The notes beneath the pieces are model-generated. The model was not told the origin of the DNA. It did no database searches and saw nothing but the letters and a program-made list of their open reading frames with translations. From Chiloscyllium plagiosum (taxonomy: Eukaryota): DNA of 64,000 bases. The stretch spans positions 17,676,028-17,740,027 of the forward strand of contig NC_057718.1 of the NCBI RefSeq assembly GCF_004010195.1. The letters are read 5' to 3'. Position 1 is the stretch's first letter. Each line of letters opens with the position of its first letter. Both the position numbers and the translations under genes were made by a program. Below are positions 1 through 11,310 of the stretch, piece by piece.

Positions 1-359
1 GATAAGCAACAGCCTTCGCTCATTTTCATGCCACTGAAGGTACAAAGCCTTTAAATGGTGGCTCTCCTGCTACCATACTGGTGAGGAAAGTTGGTGCCCT
101 GGACTGCGTCAATGTGAATCTGGAGGCCAAATGACCCTGCCAATATGCACATGCGTGGTGCCTGTCTGTTCAATGATCTGCTTCACCACGTGTCCCAATC
201 TCCAATGCTGCACTCTGTTTGCCACCCGAGACACCTCCCTCACCTCGGTTCCTCGTTCCCAGGGATGGTAAACAGTGAAGCAGCAATGTAAGGCACCCTC
301 TGAGATACATATCAAGAGCAAATGCATAAATAAACATATGAACTAGATAAATGAAGCTG

Positions 360-839
360 GTGAACTATAACCACCAGTAGCATCATGGCATAATAGTGAA
401 GATAACAGGGACACAGTGAATGTAAGGGAGCAAATGGGAACATAATAGCCCTGGCTGTAATACATTAAGAAAGATAGACAGGGAGGTATAGCAGTATTGA
501 TCTGAGATACTGTTGCAGTACTAGAAAAGAATGGTACACATAATTTTGTTAAAGCTGAGAAATGATACAGTCACTACTATACCGTGAGTATATAACACAA
601 ACCACCAAATAATGGGAAGGAGCAAATTTCCAGAAAAATTTTGAAAAGATGCAAACATTTAAGAGTTGCGTGATAAGAGTAGACTTCAACTATCCTGTAT
701 GGACAGCAGTTCAAATGAACGGGGAGGAACTCCTGTAATATTTAGAAGGAAACATTCCCAATCAATATGTTTCTTGCCCAGCGAGGAAGGAAGCAGTGCT
801 GGGTCTAGTTTTGGGGAATTAAGAGGGGCACGTGAAGAT
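360..839 (+). mobile_element. Older degenerate CR1 fragment (endonuclease region), host of the full-length insertion; resumes at about 5146-5290
   Basis: 781-839 resembles the younger copy's REGAKRDLLLGN..QV segment. The sequence after 5138 continues with a V-S-V-G...SDH-like segment (ORF 5138: LRSSDHNINWFTVIMEKDK). Confidence 0.75.
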
Positions 840-1447
840 TAAGGATTCTGGGTAATCCAAGATGGAGGATGGGAAAAATTTCTGGTTGTAACAGCTGCTC
901 CTTTATTCAGGTATTTTATGTGCTGGAGGTGATTTCCTCGAATTCCAGGAGCAGCAATTACTGTTTTATATGCTGTTGCTTTGTTTTGATATGTTCGGAA
1001 AAAATAGTCAGAACGACAGCAGTTTTAAAAGTGAGAAGCGTACACAAAGGAAGCACATGGTGAGGTCAGTGCAGGAGAGAAAGAAACTGACACTGAAGTG
1101 TACCTACACAGTTAGTGCCTTTGCTGTTTGAATTCATGTATTGCTGGACATCGGAGTGTGTCTGAGAATATTAACAAACAGTGAAATTCACAACTGAACT
1201 TGGAGGAACTGTTTGGGTGAAGTTCACAGCACAGAAGCAGATGAGTGTATTGTTGTTTTAAGTGTGACCTACAGAAAGTCTGCAATATTGAGTAGAGTGG
1301 GTTCTTTCTTGATTATATATTTTTGGAGATATGTCTCTTGATTAAACTTAAAATATAAGCCATAACTATTAATTTAACCTGGGGCAGTTATTAAAGAGAA
1401 ATAAGATGGTGTTATTTTCTGGGTCTGTAGATTGTGAAGAAGCAAAA

Positions 1448-2080
1448 TTAACCTTTAGTAGAGTGAAATGTGCTTCTTGTCAGATGAATTTAAAGATATT
1501 TTAAGGATTATTGTGGATTACATCTGCCATAAATGCTGTTGGTCCTGAATCTTATCAGATCGAATGAATCGTTTGGAGAGACAGTTAGAAGCAATGAGGA
1601 ATTTGCAACAGCAACAGTATGTGATGGATGGCAGTTATAGGAAGGGGGGAAATGTCTCAGATACAGTCGCATAGATGGGTTAACTCCAGGAAAGGTAAGA
1701 CAGGTAGGCAGCTAGTGTAGGAGTCTTTTGTAGCTATACCCATTTCAAACAAGGGGGGGTGGGGCAATAGATTCTTAGGGGAACGTAGCACGAACAGCCA
1801 AGTTTCTGGTATTGAGACTGGCTCTAATGCAATGAGGAGTACATCAGCTTCCAGGAGATCAATTGTGTTTGGGGACTCTCTTGTCCGAGGTACAGACAGA
1901 CGTTTCTGTGGCCAGCAGCGAAAAATCAGAATGGTGTGTTGCTTCCCTGGTGCCAGGATCAAGATGTCTCAGAGAGGGTGCAGAATGTTCTCACGGGGGA
2001 GAGGGGCCACAAGAGGTCATTGTCCACATTGGAACCAATGACATAGGAAGGGAAAAGGTTGAGATTCTGAAGGGAGATGT
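1448..2080 (+). pseudogene. CR1 ORF1 remnant (Zn-finger-like N-terminus plus SGNH esterase), frameshifted and 3'-deleted
   Basis: The ORF-track pieces 1832-2041 (GDSLVRGTDRRFCG...MVCCFPGARI) and 1863-2084 (VIVHIGTNDIGR) are in different frames. Confidence 0.85.
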
Positions 2081-2239
2081 TTAATGACATTAACATCAAT
2101 AAATTTTCACTATCAACATTCTTGGGTCTTATCATTGACCAGAAACTAAACTGGACAAGCCATATAAAGACTGTGGTTCCAAGAGCAGAGCAGATCAGAG
2201 GCCCAGTCAGGGCAGGCAGGGACAAGGTAGGACTAATAA

Positions 2240-5060
2240 ATTAAACTGCATTTATTTCAATACAAGGGGCCTAACAGGGAAGGCAGATGAACTCAGGGCA
2301 TGGTTAGGAACATGGGACTTGGATATCACAGCAATTACTGAAACATGGCTCAGGGATAGGCAGGACTGGCAGCTTAATGTTCCAGGATACAAATGCTACA
2401 GGAAGGATAGAAAGGGAGGCAAAAGAGGAGGGGGAGTGATGTTTTTGATAAGGGATAGCAGAACAGCTGTGCTGAGGGAGGATATTCCTGGCAATACATC
2501 TAGGGAGGTTATTTGGGTGGAACTGAAAAATAAGAAAGGGATGATCACCTTCTTGGGATTGCATTATAGACCCCTTAATAGTCAGAGGGAAATTGAGAAA
2601 TAAATTTGTAAGGGATTTCAGTTATCTATAAGAATAATAGGGTGGTTATGGTAGGGGATGTTAACTTGCCATACATAGACTGGGACTGCCATAGTGTTAA
2701 GGGTTTAGATGGAGACAAATTTGTTAAGAGTGTACAAGAAAATTTTCTGAGTCAGTATGGGGATGTACCTACGAGAGAAGGTGCAAAACGTGACCTACTC
2801 TTGGGAAATAAGGCAGGGCAGGTGACTGAGGTGTCAGTGGGGGAGCACTTTGGGGCCAGTGACCATCATTCTATTAGATTTAAAATAGTGACGGAAAAGG
2901 ATAGACCAGATCTAAAAGCTGAAGTTCTAAATTGGAGAAAGGCCAATTTTGACGGTATTAGGCAAGAACTAAGTAATCTAATCTAATCTAATCTAAACTT
3001 TCGAAAGCTGATTGGGGGCAGATGTTCGCAGTTAAAGGTATGGCTGGAAAAGGGGAAACCTTCAAAAATGAGATAACGAGAATCCAGAGAAAGTATATTC
3101 CTGTCAGGGTGAAAGGAAAGGCTGGTAGGTATAGGGAATGCTGGATGACTAAAGAAATTGAGGGTTCGGTTAAGAAAAAGAAGGAAGCATATGTCAGGTA
3201 TAGACAGGATAGAGCGAGTGAATCCTTAGAAGAGTACAAAGGCAGTAGGATTATACTTAAGAGGGAAATCAGGAGGGCAAAAAGGGGACATGAGATAGGT
3301 TTGGCAAATAGAATTAAGGAGAATCCAAAGGGTTTTTACAAATTTGTTAAGGACAAAAGGGTAACTAGGGAGAAAATCAGCAAGGCAGCCTTTGTGTGGA
3401 GCCACAGAAAATGGGGGTGATACTAAACAAGTATTTTGCATCAGTATTTACTGTGGAAAAGGATATGGAAGATATAGACTGTAGGGAAATAGATGGTGAC
3501 ACCTTGCAAAATGTCCAGATTACAGAGGAGGAAGTGCTGGATGTCTTGAAACGGTTAAAGGTGGATAAATCCCCAGGACCTGATCAGGTGTACCTGAGAA
3601 CTCTGTGGGAAGCTAGAGAAGTGATTGCTGGGTCTCTTGCTGAGATATTTGTATCATCGATAGTCACAGGTGAGGTGCCGGAAGACTGGACGTTGGCTAA
3701 CGTGGTGCCACTATTTAAGAAGGGTGGTAAAGACAAACCAGGGAACTATAGATCGGTGAGCCTGACCTCAGTGGTGGACAAGTTGTTGGAGGGAATCCTG
3801 AGGGACAGGATGTACATGTATTTGGAAAGGCAAGGACTGATTCGGGATAGTCAACATGGCTTTGTACGTGGAAAATCATGTCTCACAAACTTGACTGAGT
3901 CTTTTGAGGAAATAACAAAGAGGATTGATGAGGGCAGAGCAGTAGATGTGATCTATATGGACTTCAGTAAGGCGTTCGACAAGGTTCCTCATGGGAGACT
4001 GATTAGCAAGTTTAGATCTCACGGAATACAGGGAGAACTAGCCATTTGGAAACAGAACTGGCTCAAAGGTAGAAGACATAGGGTGGTGGAGGAGGGTTGT
4101 TTTTCAGACTGGAGGCCTGTGACCAGTGGAGCGCCACAAGAAACGGTGCTGGGCCCTCTACTTTTTGTTATTTACATAAATGATTTGGATATGAGCATAA
4201 GAGGTACAGTTAGTAAGTTTGCAGATGACACCAAAATTGGAGGAGTAGTGGACAGCAAAGAAGGTTATTTCAGATTACAACAAGATCTTGACCAGATGGG
4301 CCAATGGGCTGAGAAGTGGCAGATGGAGTTTAATTCAGATAAATGCGAGGTGCTGCATTTTGGGAAAGCAAATCTTAGCAGGGTGTACACACTTAATGGT
4401 AAGGTCCTCGGGATTGTTGCTTAACAAAGAGACCTTGGAGTGCAGGTTCATACCTCCTTGAAAGTGGAGTCGCAGGTAGATAGGATAATGAAGAAGGCAT
4501 TTGGTATGCTTTTGTTTATCAGTCAGAGTATTGAGTACAGGAGTTGGGAGGTCATGTTGCGGCTGTACAGGACATTGGTTAGGCCACTGTTGGAATATTG
4601 TGTGCAATTCTGGTCTCCTTCCTATCGGAAAGATGCTGTGAAACTAGAAAGGGTTCAGAAAAGATTTACAAAGATGTTGCCAGGGTTGGAGGATTTGAGT
4701 TATAGGGAGAGGCTGAACAGGCTGGGGCTGTTTTCTCTGGGGCGTCAGAGGCTGAAGGGTGACCTTACAGAGGTTTACAAAATTATGAGGGGCATGGATA
4801 GGGTAAATAGACAAAGTCTTTTCCCTGGGGTCAGGGAGTCCAGAACTAGAGGGCATTGGTTTAGGGTGAGAGGGTAAAGATATAAAAGAGACCTAAGGGG
4901 CAACCCTTTCACGCAGATGGTGGTACGTGTATGGAATGAACTGCCAGAGGATGTGGTGGAGGCTGGTACAATTACAACATTTAAGAGGCATTTGGATGGG
5001 TATATGAATAGGAAGGGTTTGGAGGGATATGGGCCGGGTGCTGGCAGGTGAGACTAGATT
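2240..5060 (+). pseudogene. CR1 ORF2 (endonuclease-reverse transcriptase), broken by stops and frameshifts
   Basis: Colinear fragments 2319-2603, 2642-2986, 3022-3420, 3396-4424 and 4440-4877 carry APE, RT and the CR1 C-terminal motif RPLLEYCVQFWSP. Confidence 0.93.
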
Positions 5061-5769
5061 AGGTTGGGATATCTGGTCGGCATGGATGAATTGGTCTGAA
5101 GGATCTGTTTCCATGCTGTACATCTCTATGACTCTAAGTGAAGATGTTTCAGTGGGAACCTTTGAGAAGCAGTGACCATAATATCAATTGGTTTACAGTA
5201 ATTATGGAAAAGGATAAAGAAAGATTAAATGTGAAAATACCCAAATGGAGGAAAGCTGACTTAGCGAGTTGCAAAGCGGAAAATGAAATGTTAACGGTGG
5301 TGCAGGGACAGAATGGTACTTGTCTTTGAAGCTGGTGGGACATGCTGGGAAGGCTGCGTTTAAACAAAAGTTGGTGGTCCCTCAGGCTTTATAAACTGAG
5401 GCAGAGAATGAGATTTTAACTCTGACCAAACTCATTTACTGGCACGAGCTAAACGTGGCCTACAGACCACAGAACCAAGACAATTTTGTTAAAATAAAAT
5501 GTACTGAAAGAACTTAGCTGCTCTGGCAGTAAGTGCTGAGAGAGAAACAGAATTAATGTTTTAAATCCAGTATGACTCGTCTTCTTTCTCCTGCACTTTT
5601 TCTTTCAGATTGCCAACATCCTTAGTATAGCATTTTGCTCTTGTTTTAGCAGTTTTCCTGAACTTCAGTTAATCACTGGTTAGGTAGAACGTTGTGTCCA
5701 TTTCTGGGCATCTCAGTTTATCAAAGATGTTAAGGTCTCATAAGATCCATGGTGAATTTATTTGAATGG

Positions 5770-6600
5770 CACCAGAATGAATGCCTTTGATTAAGCAAGT
5801 GGGCAAAGAATCTGGCAGATGGAAAATAATGTGGAAAAATATGAAGTTCAGCACTTTGGCAGAAAGAATAGAGGAGGTGAATATTATTGAGATGGGAAAG
5901 GACTGCAGAAGGTGCAGCACAGAGGGATTTGGGTCATAAATCACAAAATTCTAGCATTCAAGGTCAACAGGTAACATGGAAGACTATTGGAATGTTGGCC
6001 ATTATCTCAAAACAAATGGTGTTTAAAAATAGGCAAGCCTTTCCTAAAGTACCAGCTGCACCACATGGAGAATACTGTGAACAGTTTTGGGTTGCTTCTG
6101 TAAGGAGGAGCTTATTAGCATTGGAGGCAGTCCAGAGAAGGTTTGCTCAGTTTATCCTGGGTATGGAGGGATGTCCTTATGAGGAAAGGTTGAGGAGGTT
6201 GAGCCTGTACTCATAGAATCTAGAAGAAGGAAAGGTGATCTTATTGAAGCATACAGGATTCTTAGGGAGTTTTATAAGGTAGGTGTGGAAATGTTGTTTC
6301 CCCTTGAGGGACAGTCTAGGGCCAGAGCGAAAATCTCAGAATAAGGGGTCGCAAATTTAAGACGGTGATAAGGAGAAATGTATTCTCTCAGAGGGTAATG
6401 AAACTCTTTATTGCAGAGGGTTGTCGCAGCTGGGTTATTAAGTATATTCAAGGCTGAGATAAACAGATTAGGGAGGGAATCAAGGCTTATGAGGAAAAGG
6501 CAGGAAGGTGGAGTTGACGATTATCAAGTCAGCCATGATCTCATTGATGGAGTGATGGAGCAGAGTTTTAGGCTCCTATTTCTTATGCTCTTATGTACTT
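5770..6600 (+). mobile_element. Old CR1 3' fragment
   Basis: ORF 5887-6216 (EYCEQFW...LEAVQRRF...YEERLRRLSLYS) is a CR1 ORF2 C-terminus. Confidence 0.8.
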
Positions 6601-6689
6601 CAACTCCAGGGAGAGACTGGGAAGCTGCAGCAGTTCTCCTGGGAGTAGGGAAGATTAACTGGAAATCTGAGAGAGATGTTACACAGAAA

Positions 6690-7275
6690 CATGGATGACA
6701 GGATCAGGAGTAGGCTATTTGACCCTGCGAGCCTGCCCTGCCATACAACAGGATCAGCCATGAGCTCACCAACCTAATCCTGCGGCTATGATTTTTAAAA
6801 TTCATTTGTGAGACAGACCAGCTTTTATTGCTCATCCCTACTGTCCTTGATCCCTTTAGTCACAAGAGCTTTACCTACTTCCTTCTGAGAAACACATATT
6901 GTTTTGGCTTCAACAACATTTTGTGGGAGTAAATTCTGGGTAAAGAAATTTCTCCTCCTTTCAGTCCTATAAAGGTTTACCCAATATCCTTAAACCTTGA
7001 CCCCTGCTTCTGGACTCCCCCATTATTAGGAACATCTTTTCAACATCTAATGTGCCAAGGCCTGTTGGAGTTTACAGGTTTCTATGAGATGCCCCTAACA
7101 TTCTTCTAAATTCCAGTGAATACAATCCTTACTGACCCAAACTCTCCTCATTTGTCAGCCCTGCCATCCGAGTAATCAATTCGGTAAATCTTCCCTGCGC
7201 TCCCTCCAAAGCAAGAACATCCTTCCTCAGAAAAGGAGACCAAAAGTGCACACAATACTCCAGATGTGGCATTTG
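6690..7275 (-). mobile_element. Old CR1 3' fragment
   Basis: Reverse complement of a CR1 3' end (ggagaccaaaagtgcacacaatactccag; aagaaatttctcctc). Confidence 0.7.
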
Positions 7276-7939
7276 TAACCATTAAAGGTTATGATACATT
7301 AAATAAGGAGAGATTGATTTTCATGACAAAAGGGCTGGTAGGCAGAGCATACAGATTTCAGCTAAATGCTAAAAGAACATGAATGAATTGAGGTGAAAAC
7401 GGAAAGAAATTGTTACAGTGAGTTGTTATGATCTGGGATACACCTCCTGCGAAGGCTGGTGGAAGCAGATTAAATAGTGACATTCAGAAAGGAATAGGAT
7501 AAATATTTGGAAATGGAAAAAAATGCCCAGCTCTAAGGCAAGAGCTGGTGAGTGGAACTAACTGGATGGCTCATCCAGATGGTCACAGCGCAGCCTTGCT
7601 AAGATGATTACTGATTCTAAGATCTTCTCATAGTATAAGTACAATGAGGAGAGGATGGTGCGCAGAGCTGTGGCTAAAATCTCATGCTGCTGCTGCTGAA
7701 CTTAATTATTCTGCCACCTTGCACCTCCACTAAGTACATTCAGTTTTCTTTTAAAGTTACATGATTCTATAAAGAGAGGGCATTACGTCCTGTTTTGGTG
7801 CCTCCTTAATATGGTGGTAAGTGCTTCTGGACATGAGGTAGACAAGGCTCAAACATCAATTATGAACGGGAGCCCAGTCTTAAGTAGACAAACCCAGTAA
7901 TGCTGCAAAGACGCGAGAAGTGCAAGGCAGAGTCTTTTG

Positions 7940-8300
7940 CAGTTATATAATATCTTGACAAACTAAGGACATCCCAAAGCACTTTGTAACATCTAAACAG
8001 ACATTACTGGAGGGTAGTCACAGTTCAAATGCAGGAAATGTGGCAACACAACAGCAAACTCCCACAAACAAAAATGACAGAATAAACAGAATTTATTTGA
8101 GTTACATCGACCAGCTTAAGTATTAGACAATTCCCCTGCTTTTCCACTTTCTAAAGTGCTGTATAATCCTCTATCTTTTAGGCTCAAAGACACCATCTCA
8201 GATAGTGCAGCGTTCCCTCAGTACTGCACTTAATTGCCAGCCCAGACTATGATCTCAAGTCTCTGAAGTGACAATCTTCTCACTCAGAAGCCATGGTTGG
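7940..8300 (-). mobile_element. Deu-domain SINE remnant (SacSINE1/AmnSINE1-like)
   Basis: gatagtgcagcgttccctcagtactgcac is the reverse complement of the Deu-domain core GTGCAGTACTGAGGGAGTGCTGCACTGTC as I recall it. Confidence 0.65.
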
Positions 8301-9027
8301 CACTGCAGTGAATAGAATACCTATCTGCTGGCTGTGGATAGGCTTCAGTGGCTTTTTTTGTATCAAGGTACAAATTCAAACACTGTTCATTTTTTTTTGG
8401 ATATGCATGCCTGTGATTAAATGAGCTGAGAACAGAGGACAATGGAAATAATTTCGCACAAAAAAATGCAGACTGAGAAAGAAAAACATCTGTCCTTTTC
8501 ACTTCACCACACAAGACTCAACAAATAAAGGCAGAATGATTGCTAGACTTCCACACACTGGAATAGACAAACAATAGCTAAGCTTGGGAGAAGAAACAAA
8601 TCCTGCACAGGCAATACAATCTAATCTTCTTTGACTGCTGTACTGTGGTCATGTATTAAACCAATGCACTGGGGAGATGGGAAAATAGCAACAGATATCT
8701 GTGCGGTTTGAAGTGCAGAGACACATCCCATTGATTGTTGGGGTGGGGGTGGAGTGGAGGGGGAAATGTGTCAATATGATCCAGCTTAATTCACCCTCCC
8801 ACTGTTCTCCACACTCATCACCGTCCTTCCACGTCCCAAGAGCTCCAAACATGACTTCTCTCACTCAAGGATTCTCCTATATTGTAGGGGTCCAGGCATA
8901 CACAGAGACCAGGCCCTCTGGAATGTGAAGTATGCAGGTTTCTCAATAGCTGATTGTAGGTGGTATCCATGTCAGTTGCCTTGTAAAGTTGAGTGCATTG
9001 CTCTGCATTTGAGAAGCTATGGAGACC

Positions 9028-9132
9028 TGTGCGTGCGTGTGCACACGCATGCTTGTGCATGCCTGCGTGTCTGCCTGCATGCATATTTGTGCATACTTGT
9101 ATTTGCATATTTGTGTGTGCACACACTTGTGC
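9028..9132. repeat. Degenerate (TG)/(TGCA) microsatellite
   Basis: Alternating purine-pyrimidine tract visible in the sequence. Confidence 0.85.
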
Positions 9133-9829
9133 TGAAAGAGTTTCACAGGGAAGAGACATAGTGAATTATTTTGGAGAATGAAGCTTTCTTTTGTGATATG
9201 TAGGATTTCTTCAGCAATGTGTGTGTGTGTAATTTATACAGCGAACGCAGTCTTACGCAATGAACAACACATCCTTATCACACATTCAAGCAGCATGGAA
9301 TTTATTTTGCATAGAGAAGGGAGATAATATCTGGCTTGGAATCATCACCTACGAGGTAAAAGCAATTTAGAAGTTCTTTCGGTCCCCATTTGTCTGCTTG
9401 CTGTCACTATGGCAACCATCTCACCTTGGACTCTCCCTCAGTATTTAGTAGCTCCCTGCCATGCATTGGCCTTGTGGAAGTAAAAGCAAAAATAACTACA
9501 CAAATCCAAGGGCTAGCTTTGCGTCAATTTATTGTGGTTTCTTTGAGCTGATACTGAGCCTATATTATAATTGCAAGTTTTCCAGCAGTATCAGACGTTC
9601 TATTCATATCATTATCACCTCCTGAACATATTCTGTCAATATTCTGCTGGTTAAAGTTCTACTCTTCACCCTCATAAAATATGCCTCATAGTGTAATGCC
9701 CTCCACCAAGGTCATCAGTACAATTCCCACTGAGTTACATCGCAAACACTGATTCTTATAGTAACTGTTAAAAGAAAAAGTCTAAGATCCAGCTTGTCCT
9801 TAGCCATCCTGGTGGTCTCAAGACATACA

Positions 9830-10060
9830 AAGATATATTCATCCTCATATTTAAATGGCTCCAAGACTTCACCATCCTTATCTCAATAAACTTCCCCACT
9901 GCTACATCCTGACCCCTCTCAGAGCTGTAGTTTCCTCTGATTCCAGTCTCTTGCTCGTCCACCTCCTTTGGTCCATTATTTGTTGCCAAGCCTCCCTGGA
10001 ATTCTCTTCCCAAATGGACTACACCACCTCTCCTCTCTTATAAGGCCCTTCCTTGACCCT
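9830..10060 (+). mobile_element. L2-like LINE 3' remnant
   Basis: Pyrimidine-rich pattern resembling L2 3' ends (ttcctctgattccagtctcttg...ctggaattctcttccc). Confidence 0.45.
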
Positions 10061-10809
10061 GCATTCCGTGCTCAGAGACGACAATAGGGTGCTTCCTCCA
10101 CAGGCTTCTGGGAATGACATTCTCTTTGGGAATGACAACTGTACTGGGAAAGTGCAAGTGAGGCAAGTAATCAATGGTGCTAAATGGTGACTTATCGGCT
10201 GGAGTTCCATGCAGAACAGCTGGACGTTCCATCCCACCCCCGACTCCAACCCCCTTTGCCCTCTGCAAGAAGAGGGTCAAATTTTACTTGACTCTGAGGC
10301 AGGAAGTGGGGGGAGGTAGTGTTGGTAGAGATATTATTTGATGAAGTGGAGTTAGCTAAAGAGCTTTCGCCTTCCCTCCTCCACACCTACCACAAAGTCG
10401 ACATATCAGCAGTGACAGTACAAAGCCCTGATATAGCTAATTAATTGACCACTTAGAGGCAGGGCACCACTGATAAAATACCACAGGAGATGGGAAAGTG
10501 ACAGAAGGACATCTGTCCATCTAATTTTACAAATTCCGCCAAGCAGGGGATGAGACTGTGGGGGAGGGACTGGATGGCAGGATGAAAAATTCCAATGGTG
10601 TCTAAGGAACTGGAGACATTGGTCCTGTTTGATTGTCCAGTGACACAGTGCTCTCAGAATGCCAACACTGATACCATTCTGCCATTGAGACACAGGGAGG
10701 CTTGGCCAAGAGGTTGGGCATTTCCATCAAGCTGAGTCCTTCTACACAATGTACCCTTTCATGACTGCAACTCCAACCCACTTCCCCCCTCGACCAAGCT
10801 TATACTACA

Positions 10810-11310
10810 TAAAATCATAGAATTTGATGGCATAGAACAAGGCCATTTGGCCAATCGTGTGCCTGTACTGGCTCCCAAAAGAGCTACCCAGCTAGTCCCA
10901 TTCTCCAGCCCTATCTCCGTAGCTCCTCTAACTTCATCCCTATCTCCTTAGCTCTCTAACTTCATCACTTTCAAATATATGGCCAGCTGTCTTCTGAAAC
11001 CTCATATGTCTCCACTCCTCTACCCAGACAGTGCATCCTAACAACTCTGAGTTAAGAAGTTTCTCCTCATCTCACTCCTACTTCTCTTGTCAATAATTTT
11101 GAAATTGTGACCCCTAGTTAATGACATAACAACTAGTAGAAACAGAGTATTCTTCTTTACTCTGTCAAAATTGTTCTGAATTTTAAACACCTTAATAAAG
11201 TCACCCCTTAATATTCTCTATTCCAAAGAGAATAAGGCCAATTTCTCTAACCTTTCCTTATACATACGCTTCCTAATTCCTGGTATCATTCTGGTAAATC
11301 TACATATGCC
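10810..11310 (-). mobile_element. Old CR1 3' fragment
   Basis: Begins with a cataaaatcatagaat tail and caaggccatttggcc, followed by the reverse complement of the ORF2 C-terminus. Confidence 0.7.

Larger units (their letters stand above)
840..5137 (+). mobile_element. Near full-length CR1-clade LINE (HER1-like), inactivated
   Basis: 5' UTR, then an ORF1 remnant with a CxxC region and SGNH-esterase motifs (VFGDSLVRG, VIVHIGTND). ORF2 has the APE endonuclease (ITETWL, GDVN, SDH) and RT (DFSKAFDKV, KFADDTK). Ends in a CTATGACTCT tail and is flanked by the 8-bp duplication GTGAAGAT (832-839, 5138-5145). Confidence 0.95.

Noticed and set aside
3396..4424. 342-aa reverse transcriptase ORF as a functional gene or a novel RT system
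   Set aside because: It is a fragment of CR1 ORF2 bounded by a frameshift and a stop; the element has multiple disabling lesions.
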